A stretch of 64,000 nucleotides of DNA from an uncultured Candidatus Altimarinota bacterium (GCA_963751115.1 CAVVTN010000007.1:69-64068); one strand, 5' to 3'. Shown: positions 35,077 to 47,827, counted from the first letter of the stretch. Made by a program: numbers and translations. Notes: a model not told the origin generated them from the letters alone.

Positions 35077-35949
35077 ATGAGTAATCTTATTATTCTTCTT
35101 GTTGTTCTCGCGATTGTCATACCGATGTTTATCAAGAAGATTTCTCAAGGAGAAGTAGGACTTCGAGAATTTCTCGGAAAATATACTGATACGGTTGGTC
35201 CTGGTATCGTTTTTCTTATCCCAGGAGTACAGACGCTTCGAAAGATTGATGTTCGTGAACAAGTTATCACGGTTCCAGAACAACAGATTATTACTCGTGA
35301 TAATGTTGGAGTAGCAGTTGATGGAATTGTATATATTCAAATTAACGATCCTGCGAAAGCACAATACGAAATTTCCAATGTATTTCTTGCAGTCGTGAGT
35401 CTTGCACAAACCAATCTTCGTTCGGTTCTCGGAACTATGGCACTTGATGAAACTCTTTCTAATCGAGATAATATCAATGCTCGGCTTTTGGAATCACTTG
35501 ATCGTGAAACGGGGAAATGGGGAGTAAAAGTTATGCGAGTAGAAATCAAAAAACTCGAGCCACCTCGTGATATTCAAGATTCTATGAGTAAACAGATGAA
35601 GGCAGAACGAGAGAAACGTGCACTTATTCTCGAAGCAGAAGGATACAAACAGTCTCAGATTACCAAAAATGAAGGAGATAAACAATCCAAAATTCTCCAA
35701 GCAGAAGGGGATCGTCAATCTCAGATTCTCCAAGCAGAAGGAAAAGCCCAGGCAACTGTCGCTATCGCAGAAGCTGATGCAAAGGCTATGGAACTTCAAT
35801 CTATGGCAGCACAAGAATACTTCAAAGGACAAGCAGTAACTAAAGAGCAACTGAAAGTTATCGAGAATGCTCTCGGTGGAGGAAATACGAAATATATTCT
35901 TGATAGTGATATACTCACAAGTATCAGTAAGACTTTTGGGATAAAATAA
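35077..35949 (+). CDS. SPFH/band-7 (stomatin-like) protein (290 aa)
   Basis: N-terminal TM, SPFH core (ITRDNVGVAVDGIVYIQI...) and an EAEG-repeat coiled tail. Confidence 0.8.
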   Translation: MSNLIILLVVLAIVIPMFIKKISQGEVGLREFLGKYTDTVGPGIVFLIPGVQTLRKIDVREQVITVPEQQIITRDNVGVAVDGIVYIQINDPAKAQYEISNVFLAVVSLAQTNLRSVLGTMALDETLSNRDNINARLLESLDRETGKWGVKVMRVEIKKLEPPRDIQDSMSKQMKAEREKRALILEAEGYKQSQITKNEGDKQSKILQAEGDRQSQILQAEGKAQATVAIAEADAKAMELQSMAAQEYFKGQAVTKEQLKVIENALGGGNTKYILDSDILTSISKTFGIK

Positions 35950-36021
35950 TAATCATCCCTCAGTAAAACTTAGGTTTTCTGAGGGATTTCGTAATTTTAC
36001 TTTTTTTACCTGACTTTATTT

Positions 36022-36909
36022 ATGAAAAAATTTGCAATAATTATTGGTATATCTTCTCTGCTTTTACTCACAAGTTGTGTCAAGATGGATATTAATCAAA
36101 CAATCAATAAAGATGGAGTATCTAAGATCAATGCTACCGTAGATATGAGTGCTTTTCTGAAGATGAGTGAATCTATGTCAAAAATGGATACAAAAAATAG
36201 TTCATGATCTGTAGATGATACTGCTAAAACATGATCTGGTACAGATCCTTGTGGTGATACGAAAGCTAATCCTTATATAGTATCACCGACATGTATCAAT
36301 GTTTCTACAGGAGTTGTTACTATTGCAGGAGATGTGAAAGTTGTAGAAAATAAATGGCTGACCATAAGAAATGGAGTATATATCTATGATCTTCGAAAAG
36401 TTGAGAAAATTATAGGAGGTGATAAAGAAGATAAAACATGAACAAATACTTCTTCAGATTCATCTAATAATATGAGTCCAGCAGCTTTATGATTCAAATA
36501 CACATATACTATTACGATGCCAGGCGAAATTGTATACTCAGATGTAGGAACTATATCAGGAAGTACTCTCACTATGGATTATTTCGATGTGATTAAATTG
36601 AAAACTGCCTATGTTGTTTCTAAAGATGCAGGAGTAGTACTCACGAATGACGAAGCAAAAGCTCTTATAACAACTTTGAATAAAAATACTATAAAAAAAG
36701 AGATAAAAATACTTACTCCGAAGCAACAACAGCAGGTTCGAGATATGATTGCAAAGGTAGATAGATCTCGGTTACAAATCATCGTCGATAGAATTAATCT
36801 CAAAATAGAACAAATACAAGCAAAAAAGACAAAATTCATAAGTGATACGAAAAATATCACTATCTTAGAAGATGTTAAAACTCTTATACAAGAAGCTTTA
36901 TATAATTAA
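36022..36909 (+). CDS. lipoprotein, hypothetical (295 aa)
   Basis: Lipobox LLLTSC. Track ORFs 36022 and 36517 are in the same frame, joined over 4 TGA. Confidence 0.6.
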
Positions 36910-36974
36910 ATTTAATTGGGTTCGGGTTCAATACCACCTAATCTTAAATATTAAATTATAAATTCAATTGCTTC

Positions 36975-37430
36975 ATGACTAATAATAAACTAAATTCAGG
37001 GAATATTCTCCTTGAATGAATTATGAAATATCTTGTTTACCTTTTGATAGCTTGTTGACTTGATATTGCATTTTTATTAACTTTCATCAAAGCACTTACC
37101 AGTGGAACTATAACCATGTCACTACGTTATAGTAGTCAACGTGTTACTTATTCTTATCCGAGTTTTGGTTTTATATCTTATATTTTCGAATACATCATTC
37201 TATTGATTATATCAATTTCCGTCTCAATTTTTTGTTTAATGCAAATCAAACATTTTCTATCTAAGAGAAATATACCTGATGAACAAAAAGGAGATATATG
37301 GAAAATGGATAATTATCCTTCCCAAGGAAAAGAAAGTATGACTGGAAATCAGATATTGGATACTCTTATTATAATTTTAGGAATATGCGTACCAATAGCA
37401 CTATGTTATTTTTTTGGACGTAATGCATAA
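36975..37430 (+). CDS. hypothetical membrane protein (151 aa)
   Basis: ATG 36975 is in frame with track ORF 37116 across 2 TGA. Several TM segments. Confidence 0.45.
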
Positions 37431-37525
37431 TGTTCTAAGGCTCATTAGAAAAACTATTCTATATCTCTTCTGATTTTCTTGCTATCAAAAACATTTTCTA
37501 TTTTATCATTTCACTATACTTATTT

Positions 37526-38329
37526 ATGTTTGAATTTATCTGAAACCTTTTGAAGAAAACTACTATTTGGACAGTTGTAATTATCGTAGGACTGATTGTT
37601 GCAAATGGTACTTTTGGTACGATTGGCGCGGGACAACGAGGGATTTTACTCCGTTTTGGGGCGGTTACAAGTACTGTGTACGATGAAGGACTCTATTTTA
37701 AAATGCCTTTTATAGAAGAGGTAAAAAAGATTGATGTAAAGGTGCAAAAAGAACAGACAGAAGCTTCCGCGGCATCCAAAGATTTACAGTCAGTTCAAGC
37801 AGTTGTGGCTCTTAATTTTCATATCGTTCCGAAAGAAGTAGGAAGGATTTATCAGGAAATTGGTATTGATTATAAGGAGAAACTTATCGATCCATCGATT
37901 CAAGAATCAGTAAAGGCTGCAACAGCAAAATTTACTGCAGAAGAACTCATTAGTAAACGAGAAGTGATTCGTGCAGAGATGAAAAAACTTATGACTGATA
38001 AATTAGGAACATGGGGAATTAATGTGGATGACGTGAATATCGTAAACTTTAATTTCTCCGCGTCATTTAATACTGCCATAGAGTCTAAAGTCACAGCAGA
38101 ACAAGATGCACTCGCATCTAAGAATAAGCTTGAGCAAATTAAATTTGAAGCGGAACAAAAAATTGTTGAGGCAAAAGGAAAGGCAGAAGCGATGCGTGTA
38201 GAATCAGAAGCTCTCAAATCTAATCCAGAAGTTCTCCAATTGCGAGCTCTGGAGAAATGGAATGGAGTTCTCCCTCAGGTAACAAGCGGAAATATCCCAT
38301 TTGTAAATATAAATGGTCTCGGAAAATAA
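37526..38329 (+). CDS. prohibitin/SPFH-family protein (267 aa)
   Basis: N-terminal TM, SPFH core and a coiled-coil C-terminus. ATG 37526 lies upstream of the track start with one TGA between them. Confidence 0.75.
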
Positions 38330-38369
38330 AATTGTAATTAAGACTTTTAATTTGTAAAAATTTTCACTT

Positions 38370-38798
38370 ATGTCTAATCTTGTTTATATATACCTTGCTT
38401 CTGGAGTTTTCTTTCTCCTAATTGAAATGCTCACAGCAACATTTTATGGACTTTCCATTAGTATTACTTGTTTTATTCTCGCATTTTATGTGTATACTAC
38501 GGGAGATGTGACAGTAACGATTGCACAAGGATTTATTCTTGTAATTATCTCTGCGATTTTTGCCTACTTCTTACCAAAATGGCTTCAACCAAATACTCCA
38601 GATTTTAAGTCTGGGCTTGATGCTCATATTGGAAAAATATTTCATCTCGAAAAAGTTGGATCAGATTGGAAAGTGAAGATTGATGGAGTTGATTATCTGA
38701 TCGACGAAGAATCAGAAACTCCTGATTTTATAGTTGGACAGAAAGTACGACTCGAGAGTCAGAGTTCTGGAATTTTAAAAGTATCAATTGTAAGATAA
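38370..38798 (+). CDS. NfeD-family membrane protein (142 aa)
   Basis: Three TM helices plus a C-terminal OB-like domain. This is the usual partner of SPFH genes. Confidence 0.65.
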   Translation: MSNLVYIYLASGVFFLLIEMLTATFYGLSISITCFILAFYVYTTGDVTVTIAQGFILVIISAIFAYFLPKWLQPNTPDFKSGLDAHIGKIFHLEKVGSDWKVKIDGVDYLIDEESETPDFIVGQKVRLESQSSGILKVSIVR

Positions 38799-38803
38799 AA
38801 ATA

Positions 38804-38995
38804 TGTCATTCTAGAATTTTCTGAAGTGGAAAGTTCTGTATTTCACTAAGCATGATTCAGGAAATATCTGGAATCTACCTTATGTAAGATAGGTAATTTA
38901 TTTCACCTTGTTTATAATCGGAAGATTCCCGATATTTTTGAGAATATGTACTGTAATAAAATTATTTTTTGTGGCTCAAAAATTCTGGAATGACA
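38804..38995. repeat. MITE-like element (TGTCATTCTAGAATTT...AAATTCTGGAATGACA)
   Basis: 16-nt terminal inverted repeats. Intergenic between nfeD and rsmG. Confidence 0.6.
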
Positions 38996-39031
38996 ATATT
39001 TCTCATTTTTATTTATTATTTAGTTTTCTAA

Positions 39032-39664
39032 ATGTCTCATTTCTCTTTGTTCTCCCAATATAATATCGAGCTCGAAACTTCCGAAGAAGTTATTTTTCGG
39101 AAGTTTTTAGATTTGTTTATAGAATATAATAGTTATACAAATCTCTCAGCTATTCGAACTCCAGAGGGGATTATCGAGAAACACTTCATCGATTCTTTAA
39201 TGCTCGGAAATTTTGTGGAACTCCATGGAAAAGTCCTTGATATCGGGAGTGGATGAGGATTTCCTGGAATTCCTCTAAAAATCCTTTTTCCTGAAGTAGA
39301 TTTTACATTGATGGACAGTACGGGAAAGAAAGTTCGTGCGATGAATCATTTTATAGAATGACTGGGACTTGCTGGAATTCGAGCAATTCAAGCACGTGCG
39401 GAAGAAGTAGCAAAACTTCCAGAATATCATAGACAGTTTGATTTCGTTGTTTCGAGAGCAACTGCCTATCTTCCACAGATTCTGGAATGGGCAGAACCTT
39501 TTTTGGCGAAAGATGGAAAGATTATCCTCTATAAACTGGCAAGTCCTGATGAGCTTTCTGAAGGAAAACAGATGTTGAAGAAGTTAGGATTAAAACTCGC
39601 TGAAATAGAAGAATATAAGATAGCTGAACAGGATCGAGTTTTTCTCATATTTGAGAGGATATAA
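39032..39664 (+). CDS. rsmG: 16S rRNA (guanine527-N7)-methyltransferase RsmG (210 aa)
   Basis: DIGSG-G(TGA)-GFPGIPLKI SAM motif and SRA...L signature. 2 in-frame TGA. Confidence 0.85.
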
Positions 39665-39670
39665 ATCAAT

Positions 39671-39795
39671 ATCATTCCCGTGAAGACGGGAATCTACGAT
39701 ATATCCCGTAGGGAAATAATAGGAAAACTTTCATTCTGATTTTTGATAGATTATTCCCGAATACAAGGAAGATTCCCTCCTTCGAGGGAATGACA
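39671..39795. repeat. MITE-like element (ATCATTCCCG...CGAGGGAATGACA)
   Basis: Terminal hairpin units attcccg-tgaaga-cgggaat and tccctc-cttc-gaggga. Confidence 0.6.
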
Positions 39796-39899
39796 ATTCT
39801 TTCACTTATATTTCAGGGTTGTCAATACTCATTTCTTGCCACAAAAAAAATTATATGGTACACTTTTTGTGTTCTATATAAAAACCATTCGTAATCGTT

Positions 39900-41993
39900 A
39901 TGCAAAAACAAAAAATACAAAAATTTATTACATTCTTTCTCCTCTCATTTTTCCTTGTTGGACAATATACTCCATCCTTTGTGTCTGCAGAAACAGGAGA
40001 TATGATAACGGTTGTAGGAATTAAAAAATCTCAAACAACTCAGATTCTGGATAATTTTAAAGACCAGGAACAGATGCTTCTTTTTCAGAATGTGCCTTTT
40101 TCATCAGATGATGAACTCGGACTTTTTAATGCAGAACGTAAGATGAATAGCTTAAGTGATATATTGAAACGATTGGATTCTTCAAAGGAACAATATAAAG
40201 ACCAGAAACGAGTCGTAACAAGAGAGAAATTTACACTTAAAAATACCATCGAAGGATTGGATGAGAGTATCGCTGAAACCGAAAAATCTATCTCAGATAC
40301 GGAAGATTTGATAGCTGAGAAAAATCGAGAGATAGAGAAATATGCAGTACATATTGAGGAATTGAACGCAAAAATAGAAACAAATAAAACATCTATTCTT
40401 CGGTACCTTACATATATTTATACGAAAGGAGATTTGGTATACGATGGAACTCAAAACATCGATGTACTCAGAAGTATCATCCTCAATGATGGTGATATCG
40501 GAGAGATTTTTAATGATATTCATTATAAAACTGTATTAGAAATGGCTGGACAGAGTTTCATTGAAGTTCATCGCAGTCTTGTAAAAGAATATTATTATAA
40601 TAAAGAAGCTCTTAAAAAAGAAAAAATCGCCAATGTTCGATTAAAAACTAGACTTCTTTCTCGGAAACAAGATATTTCTGCACAAAAACAATACAAAGAA
40701 GAACTTCTGGAAGTGACCAAAGGACAGGAAGCTCTTTTTAATAAATATATTGCTTATAAACAAGAAAGTGAGGCACGGATTCAAGAACGCCTTGCAAATA
40801 TTTCCGAAGAGTATACAAGTGTATTCGCCCGTCTAGGTGATAAATATAAATGTGATGTAGTAGGCAATGGAAGTGGTACAACTGTCGCAATATCTGCTTC
40901 AGGATATACCTTTACCGATTCAGGAACACTTCTGGATTCCTGTAGTGATCTGCAGAAATTTTACACAGCAGAGAAAGAACTCATCGATTATCCAATCGAT
41001 GATACTATTCAAAATCCTCTGTTTTGGCCCGTGGATGCGACTCGAGTTTCTACGTATTTTCATGACGAAGAATATTTTAAATCTCTTGGAAGTGAACATG
41101 AAGCTGTAGACCTCCCGATGTCACAAGGATCTGATATCGTTGCTCCCGCAGCTGGATATGTGTATTTTATTCAAGAACCGACTCCTGGAGGATATGGATA
41201 TATCGCACTCAAACATGCAAATGGTTTTGTGACCGTATATGGACATATATCAGAAGTACTCGTAAAGAGATTCGATTTTGTAGATACAGGAAAGATTTTT
41301 GCAAAAACATGAGGAACTCCTGGAACTCCTGGTGCGGGACCGATGACGAGTGGCGCACATCTACATTTTGAACTCTACAAAAATCGCGAAGCAATCGATC
41401 CTCTTCGCTATCTTGATCTGACAAAATTGAGTTATGACAGCATAGAAGGGAAATATCAATACAAATTTGTCGAAGATTTGAAAGCTCGTTATGGAAACAA
41501 AGCAAATATTTTTAAATACTCCAAGTTTCTTATTGCTGGTTCTGATGAGATAGAACGTCAGAAATATCTCCTTGCAAATTATGCCGATCCTCGATTCGCA
41601 GATCATGATATGTGGACAGAAGAGGCAGTGAGCGCAAAGATTGACCCCAGTTTTCTTATGTGCGTAGGACTAGCAGAAACAGGACTCTGAAATCATCTAA
41701 AAACTGCTTACAATATAGGAAATATTGGAAATACCGATTCCGGAGGAATCTATGATTTCTTGAGTCCAAGAGAGGGGATTTACTGGATGACTAAAACACT
41801 CAATAATAAATTCCTTGGAGGATATACTACTGTCGATCAACTCTCTCGATATGGAAATAAAGATGGTTCGATTTATGCATCTTCTTCATCCAATTGGCAC
41901 AATAATGTCGTGCGATGTCTTTCTGCATTGAAATGAAAATTTGTCGAGGACAATTTCCAATTTCGACTTGCAGAAGGGAAGGATATTGAATAG
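39900..41993 (+). CDS. M23 (LytM) metallopeptidase with coiled-coil N-terminal half (697 aa)
   Basis: Signal peptide, long coiled coil, HEAVDLP...G-G(TGA)-TPGTPGAGPMTSGAHLHFE. It continues through 2 more TGA to TAG 41991. Confidence 0.8.
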
Positions 41994-42040
41994 AATTCAA
42001 TAAGAAAACCTTTATCTTTAATTATTTTACCACCATTTTT

Positions 42041-43261
42041 ATGTATCCACTCAAAACAATGATGAAGTATGATCCAGCCAATCTTGCAAATACAACCAGC
42101 ATCTATACAACTGTTTATCTTGGGAACTATGTTTCTGGGGATTTTTCGGAAGGACACGGAAGTCATCCAGGAGTGGATATTATGCCTATTACTCCAAATG
42201 ACGATATATTTGCTTGTTTGGATGGGGTGGTGCAAATCGCTCAAAATAAAGCAACCGAAGGAAATTATGTGATAATCAAACATGATAATGTTCCAGATCC
42301 GAGCAATTTGAGTACAAAAACCACTCTTTATTCTTGTTATCTTCATCTTTCAGAATATTCAGTTACTCCTGGACAATTAGTGAGTGAAGGGGATATTATT
42401 GGAAAAACGGGAAATACGGGAAATTCCACTGGGGAACACCTTCATTTTCAAATCGATCGAAAAGAAGCATTATTTCATCCGTATTGGCCATTTACCTTTG
42501 CACAGGCAAATGCTGCAGGACTTGGCTTTTTTGAGGCAGTCAATCAGGGACTTGGGATAGAAGATGCTCGGAAAAATACTATTGATCCACTGGTTTATCT
42601 CGATCAGATTTCTGGATATGAAAGTCAGCCAGTAGTTGTGTCTAGTACTTTGGTTGCGAGTATTGCACCAACTATTATTGTTACGCCAGTACAGCCAAAA
42701 CCTATTACCCCACTGGTTGTTAATCAAACTATTTCTGGATTCACAGATGTTCCTCAGAATCATCCATATATAACAGCCATCCATTTTCTGAAATCAAAAA
42801 ATATCGTTGCAGGAAATAACGGACAATTTTCCCCAGATGCTACTATTACTCGTGCAGAACTTTTGAAAATGGTATTTGGTGCAGCAGGAACATCACTTGT
42901 GAGTGGTGGACAGAATTATTTCTCTGATATTGATCCTCTTTCCTGGCAAGCTCCGTATGCTAATACTGCCAAAGTGAATAAAATCATCGGAGGATATTCC
43001 GATGGGACTTTTAAGCCAAATAATCCTATTACCCGTGCAGAAGCTTTTAAAATTATCATCAATACTTTTCATACAGAGGCACTTGATATAGTTTCATTTC
43101 CAGTTTTTGACGATGTATCGACTGATGTGTGGTATGCTTCATATGCATTATTTGCAAAAAATAATTCCCTCATCAATTTCTCTTCCACTCATTTTGAACC
43201 AAATACCTTTATGAATCGTGGAGAAGTAGCAAGTGCAATTTATATTCTTATGAATCCATAA
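42041..43261 (+). CDS. M23 metallopeptidase with C-terminal SLH-like repeats (406 aa)
   Basis: HPGVDI, GNTGNSTGEHLHFQI, then three F.D....W....I.......I..G.....F.P...ITRAE repeats. Confidence 0.8.
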   Translation: MYPLKTMMKYDPANLANTTSIYTTVYLGNYVSGDFSEGHGSHPGVDIMPITPNDDIFACLDGVVQIAQNKATEGNYVIIKHDNVPDPSNLSTKTTLYSCYLHLSEYSVTPGQLVSEGDIIGKTGNTGNSTGEHLHFQIDRKEALFHPYWPFTFAQANAAGLGFFEAVNQGLGIEDARKNTIDPLVYLDQISGYESQPVVVSSTLVASIAPTIIVTPVQPKPITPLVVNQTISGFTDVPQNHPYITAIHFLKSKNIVAGNNGQFSPDATITRAELLKMVFGAAGTSLVSGGQNYFSDIDPLSWQAPYANTAKVNKIIGGYSDGTFKPNNPITRAEAFKIIINTFHTEALDIVSFPVFDDVSTDVWYASYALFAKNNSLINFSSTHFEPNTFMNRGEVASAIYILMNP

Positions 43262-43306
43262 AACAAGGCATTAAAAAGTTTCTTCCGTATTCTTTAACAT
43301 ATTTTT

Positions 43307-43335
43307 CCCCTAGAAAATTTTCTAGGGGATTTTTT
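43307..43335 (+). terminator. rho-independent terminator
   Basis: cccctagaaa-att-tttctagggg followed by a T run. Confidence 0.7.
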
Positions 43336-43406
43336 ATAAAAAGAAAAATCGGCGAATAATGAAACAATCACGTTGTAAATGTATGATTTAAATTTAAATT
43401 AAACAG

Positions 43407-44810
43407 TATATTCTCATCCAAAGAAGACCCTGAAATCGATTTATCCGTCTGTCATAATTACAGGTAGTATATTGAGAAACTTTGGAAGAGCAACTTTCAT
43501 GAGTTCATCTCTTGCTTTTTTCTTTTCTTTCGCAGCCTGAAGTGGTGTTTTTCTTTTCTGAAGTCTTTGGAGTAACTCTTTTGTGAATTCCTTTCGTAGA
43601 TGAGATTCCCAGTTAGGAAGTGAGATAAGTTTCTGGTAAGGTGTCATACAGTTCTTCAACGTATAGAGAATTCTCACTTTCCCATTTTCTTCACATACCT
43701 TCTCGGGGAAATGACAGGGACGATAGAAATTGAGATATGGGATAAAATGTTCCATGTAGAATCGATTGATTCTTGGAGCAAATACTCCAGGAATATGCCA
43801 GTGTCCGAATTCCTTTCGGATAATTGCACCATTTTTACATTCCACAAGTCCATTGTCTGTACTCTTTCTTGCTCTACTCTTAGTCTGAGAAACTCTGAGT
43901 TTTTCAAGAAGTGCTGCCACCTTGTAGTTGATGAACTCACTTCCATTGTCCGAATGAAAATTTTTTATCTCAAATGGAAAAGTAGCGAGTGCTCATTTGA
44001 GGAGAGGTAAGAGAAATCGTTCGGAGATTTTCTCGACTGCAAACATTACTTCCCACTGAGTTATTTCATCTACAAGATTAACGTGGTATACTCATTTTTC
44101 TCCATTCAGATCTCCCTGATGTACTGTATCGACCCGTATGAATCATGGGAGTCCTTCTGGATTTGGTTTCATACGGATTCCGATAGGAATATTCACACTC
44201 TTGGTTTTTCCAACAACTAATGATTCCTCTTTGTAATGGGAAGTGGAACGTAGACGATACAACTGAGCAACAGAAATATCTTTGAGACGAACAAATCGTA
44301 TATCTCCGATAAGATACTCATCTTTCATGAGTGCAATAGTAAGTCCTCAGGATAGTCTTCCAGTCGCATTATCGACTTCAGCAAGAAGTCAGGAATCTTC
44401 TCTTGTGTAAGTAATAGGAAATACCCTACGAGAATATGTATGACCAAGTCTCTGTCACACCTTGAAAGCACGGATATATCGATCAACTTGTTTTTCTGCA
44501 AGTCCCGTCATACGCCCAATATATTGGATTATTATCCCCTTATCTTTCTTTTTAAGAGTAAGGTATTTAAAGCGTAAAAGACGCTCGAGTATCCAGTCCG
44601 ATCGTTCTTCGAGCGTTCCCGTAAGTATGACATCCGTCACTACTGGATTATTTAGGAAACTGACCAAGTCAGTAACCGTACGGAGATTATTATCAGTATA
44701 CATAGCATTCATAGGTTAATGATACCTATGACATACGGATTTTACAAATTTCAAGGTCTTCTTGTGTGAGAATACGAACCCTATTTTGGGGTCTTCTTGT
44801 ATGAGATAAG
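43407..44810 (-). mobile_element. IS element encoding an rve-family DDE transposase
   Basis: Left end gtatattctcatccaaagaagaccctgaaatc (43407-43438) is an imperfect inverse of aatttcaaggtcttcttgtgtgagaatac (44747-44775). A further copy of the motif lies at 44788-44810. Confidence 0.6.
43441..44712 (-). CDS. rve-superfamily DDE integrase/transposase (423 aa)
   Basis: G(TGA)-FIRVDTVHQGD, HSDNGSEFIN and RKSTDNGLVECKNG motifs. Three track ORFs are in one frame, joined over 6 TGA. Confidence 0.8.
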
Positions 44811-44890
44811 AGTTAAACTTGCATATCTCCTCGAATATATTACTATAACCGCACTCCTGTAATTCCACCTTATCTTTTTACCTCTTTTTT

Positions 44891-46732
44891 ATGCAAACTA
44901 CACAAAAAATACAAAACAGGCAATCCAAGAAATATAAAGGTTTTACCCTCGTAGAACTCATAGTAGTAATAACCATCCTCGTCATTCTCGGAACCATAGC
45001 ATTCCTCAATCTCTGAGGATATTCCGCTTCTGCTCGTGACTCTTCTCGAGTAGCTGATATGACGAATATAAGAAAAGCCCTTGATGTCACCTACATCAAA
45101 ACAGGTTCCTATCCTACTCCTTCCAATGGTACCGGAATAACCTTCTCATGATGACTTGTCTGGACTCAAGGATCTATAGGAGATTCTGTTATGAATATCC
45201 TCTCTGCTACCAACCTTCAGTTCTCCAAGAAACTCACGGATCCAGCATATCCATCCATAGAATATTCTTACTCTCTTCTCAATAATAAAAAAGAATACCA
45301 GATAGCCAGTATCATGGAAGATCCCAATACGATAGCTTACAATCCCATCATCACTCCTGTCTCAGCTGCAGCCACTAACTTCACTGCCAATGTCCAAGGA
45401 AACTACAATGGTCTCCTAGCAACCGTATCTACCGGAACAACTACCTACTACCTTGCTCTCCCAAGTATTATCGCTCAGAATGTTTCCACTATCTCCTATA
45501 CAGAACTTACTAATCAAGCTACTCAATCTGGTAATCTGGTTCTGAATAATGCAACCAATCTCCCAGCTACCTATACCAACAATCCTACTACTCCCATAAC
45601 TACCACTACTCCTACCACTACTTTCAATGCTCTGAGTAACGCCAGTCAAACAACTGTAGGTTCTGGAATCGTTGCCTACACCACCACCGGATCTCTCACA
45701 ACAACAGGAGCAACCGCTCTCATGTCCAATCTCTACACTCTCTACAATTCCAGTAATCTCAACAACAACACCACTTCAGCTCCACAAGTTGCTACACTCA
45801 TCACTGGATGATCAGGAACTACCGCTCTCGTAAACACCTATAATGGATTCTTGAGTACGAGTGTATCATGACCAGCACTGAATACTCTTGCAGTAGCAAA
45901 TGCAGGAATCGTCGCAACAGGAGCTTGTCTCGAAACAGCCACCGGAGGATACTTTACTTTTGACTCCGCAACCAAAACTATTACAGCCTACAGTGCCTCT
46001 GGACCAAAAGATGTCATCATACCTTGTAAGATTGGATGAGTAGCGGTGAATGTTATTGGAGCACAAGCTTTTTCTTTTAAACAACTCACAAGCCTCTCAA
46101 TTCCCAATAGTATCACAAGTATTGGAGAATATGCTTTTAGATCTAATCTACTCACGAATCTTGTTATTCCAAGTAGCGTAACATATATTGGACGGGTTGC
46201 TTTTGATAGCAATAATCTCCCTGATAACCAAGCACTTATCTATGCCCGTACAGCAAGTGGATTAGAAAACACTACATCCCTCATAGGGTATGGTGGAGCG
46301 AATAAGTCTCCTGTTATTCCTAATAATGTCACAAGTATTGGAGATTCTGCTTTTTATAATCTTAATCTTACAGGCATAACTATTCCAAATAGTGTAACGA
46401 TTATTTTAGGACAGGCTTTTCAATACAATCAACTTACGAGTATAACAATTCCGAGTAGCGTCACAAGTATTGGAAGTAGTGCATTTATGAGTAATCCACT
46501 TACGAGTATAACAATTCCGAGTAGCGTCACAAGTATTGGAATTGGTACTTTTATGTATAATAATCTCACAAGCGTAACAATTCCTAGTAGTGTTACAAGT
46601 ATTTGATCAATGGCTTTTACTAATCAATATGGCTGAACGGGAAGTGTTGCTTTCGCTTCTGCCGGACAAAAAACGAGTTACTATAATGCGACCTATTTTG
46701 ATATGACGAAGTTTACTTCGGCTACACCGTAG
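44891..46732 (+). CDS. type IV pilin-like protein fused to BspA-type leucine-rich repeats (613 aa)
   Basis: Prepilin N-terminus KGFTLVELIVVITILVILGTIAF. Thr-rich linker. At least 7 repeats of IP.SVTSIG..AF. Frame verified codon by codon across 7 TGA. Confidence 0.8.
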
Positions 46733-46966
46733 TATGTACATCGTGACAGAGATTAGCCTATAAAGCTTTCTGAATCTCATTTATATAAAACTCCCCCAAT
46801 ATAATAATTGGAGGAGTTTTATATATTCTGATTACCCCATCATCATTTCATTTTCATCAATCTCTCGGAGAATTTTTCGAGTGACTACTCTGTATATAAG
46901 GAAGGGTCTGAATTTCGCAGATAGGATTCAGGATAACAAAGAAGAAAAAATCCTGATAAATGATTC

Positions 46967-47827
46967 TTACTTACTAAACACACTATACTTCAGCATATCA
47001 AAAAGTCGGGAACGATTTTCGCTGAAACTGATATTTTGTTTGCTTTTACCAACAGTACTAGAAGCTATAATAGATCGAATAGGAAGTGCAAATCCATCTG
47101 CACTGGATATATGATAATCGATGGGATTATTAGAAATATTGGAAAGTATTAAATAATTATTTTCATAGCTTCCGAGAAAACTGGTGATATTTTTGGTTCC
47201 TGCTGTCATCGTAGTAGTATCGCTTGATTTCTCAAATCCAGACTGAAGATTAGCACTTGGAGTATTTCCAAAACTCTTCATAAGTGAACCGATTCCAGCA
47301 ATCCCATAGGTTTTTCCCGTCGCATCATTTCCGATAATATTCCAGCCCAAATCTCCATTTTGTGTGACGACAAAAGTACTGGTTTTAATAATATCGGAAG
47401 TATTTTTATTGGGATTCTTGGCAGAACTCTGGATAGATATTCCTTTGTCATAAAAGAGGGGAATAATCTCGAAACTTCCTGGAGCGATCGTTCCAGTATA
47501 GCTGGTGTCGGATGCATGAAGTATACTTGTGATGCTCGTATTCTTATTTGTAGAAGTGATATTTACTTGGAGAAGTTGAGATTCTCCATCGGAATTTGTA
47601 ATTATATCAGAGAAACCTTCGCGATGATTGGAACTTTTGAGAAGAGTATATTCAAGAGCTCATTCGGCGCTCATATACGCAGAAATCCCATCTGAGAGAA
47701 AATGATTCATCCCATTTTCTACCACAAAGAGATTGAGAATTCCTGCGGAAAATATGGTTAAAAAAGCCGTCATAAGAATGGCAATAATAGTGGAGAATCC
47801 TTTTTTTTGAGTAGGGAAGTGCATCAT
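46967..47827 (-). CDS. pilin-like/minor pseudopilin (286 aa)
   Basis: KKGFSTIIAILMTAFLTIF N-terminus. Track ORFs 47660 and 46967 are in frame. An alternative upstream start at 47890 is possible. Confidence 0.55.
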
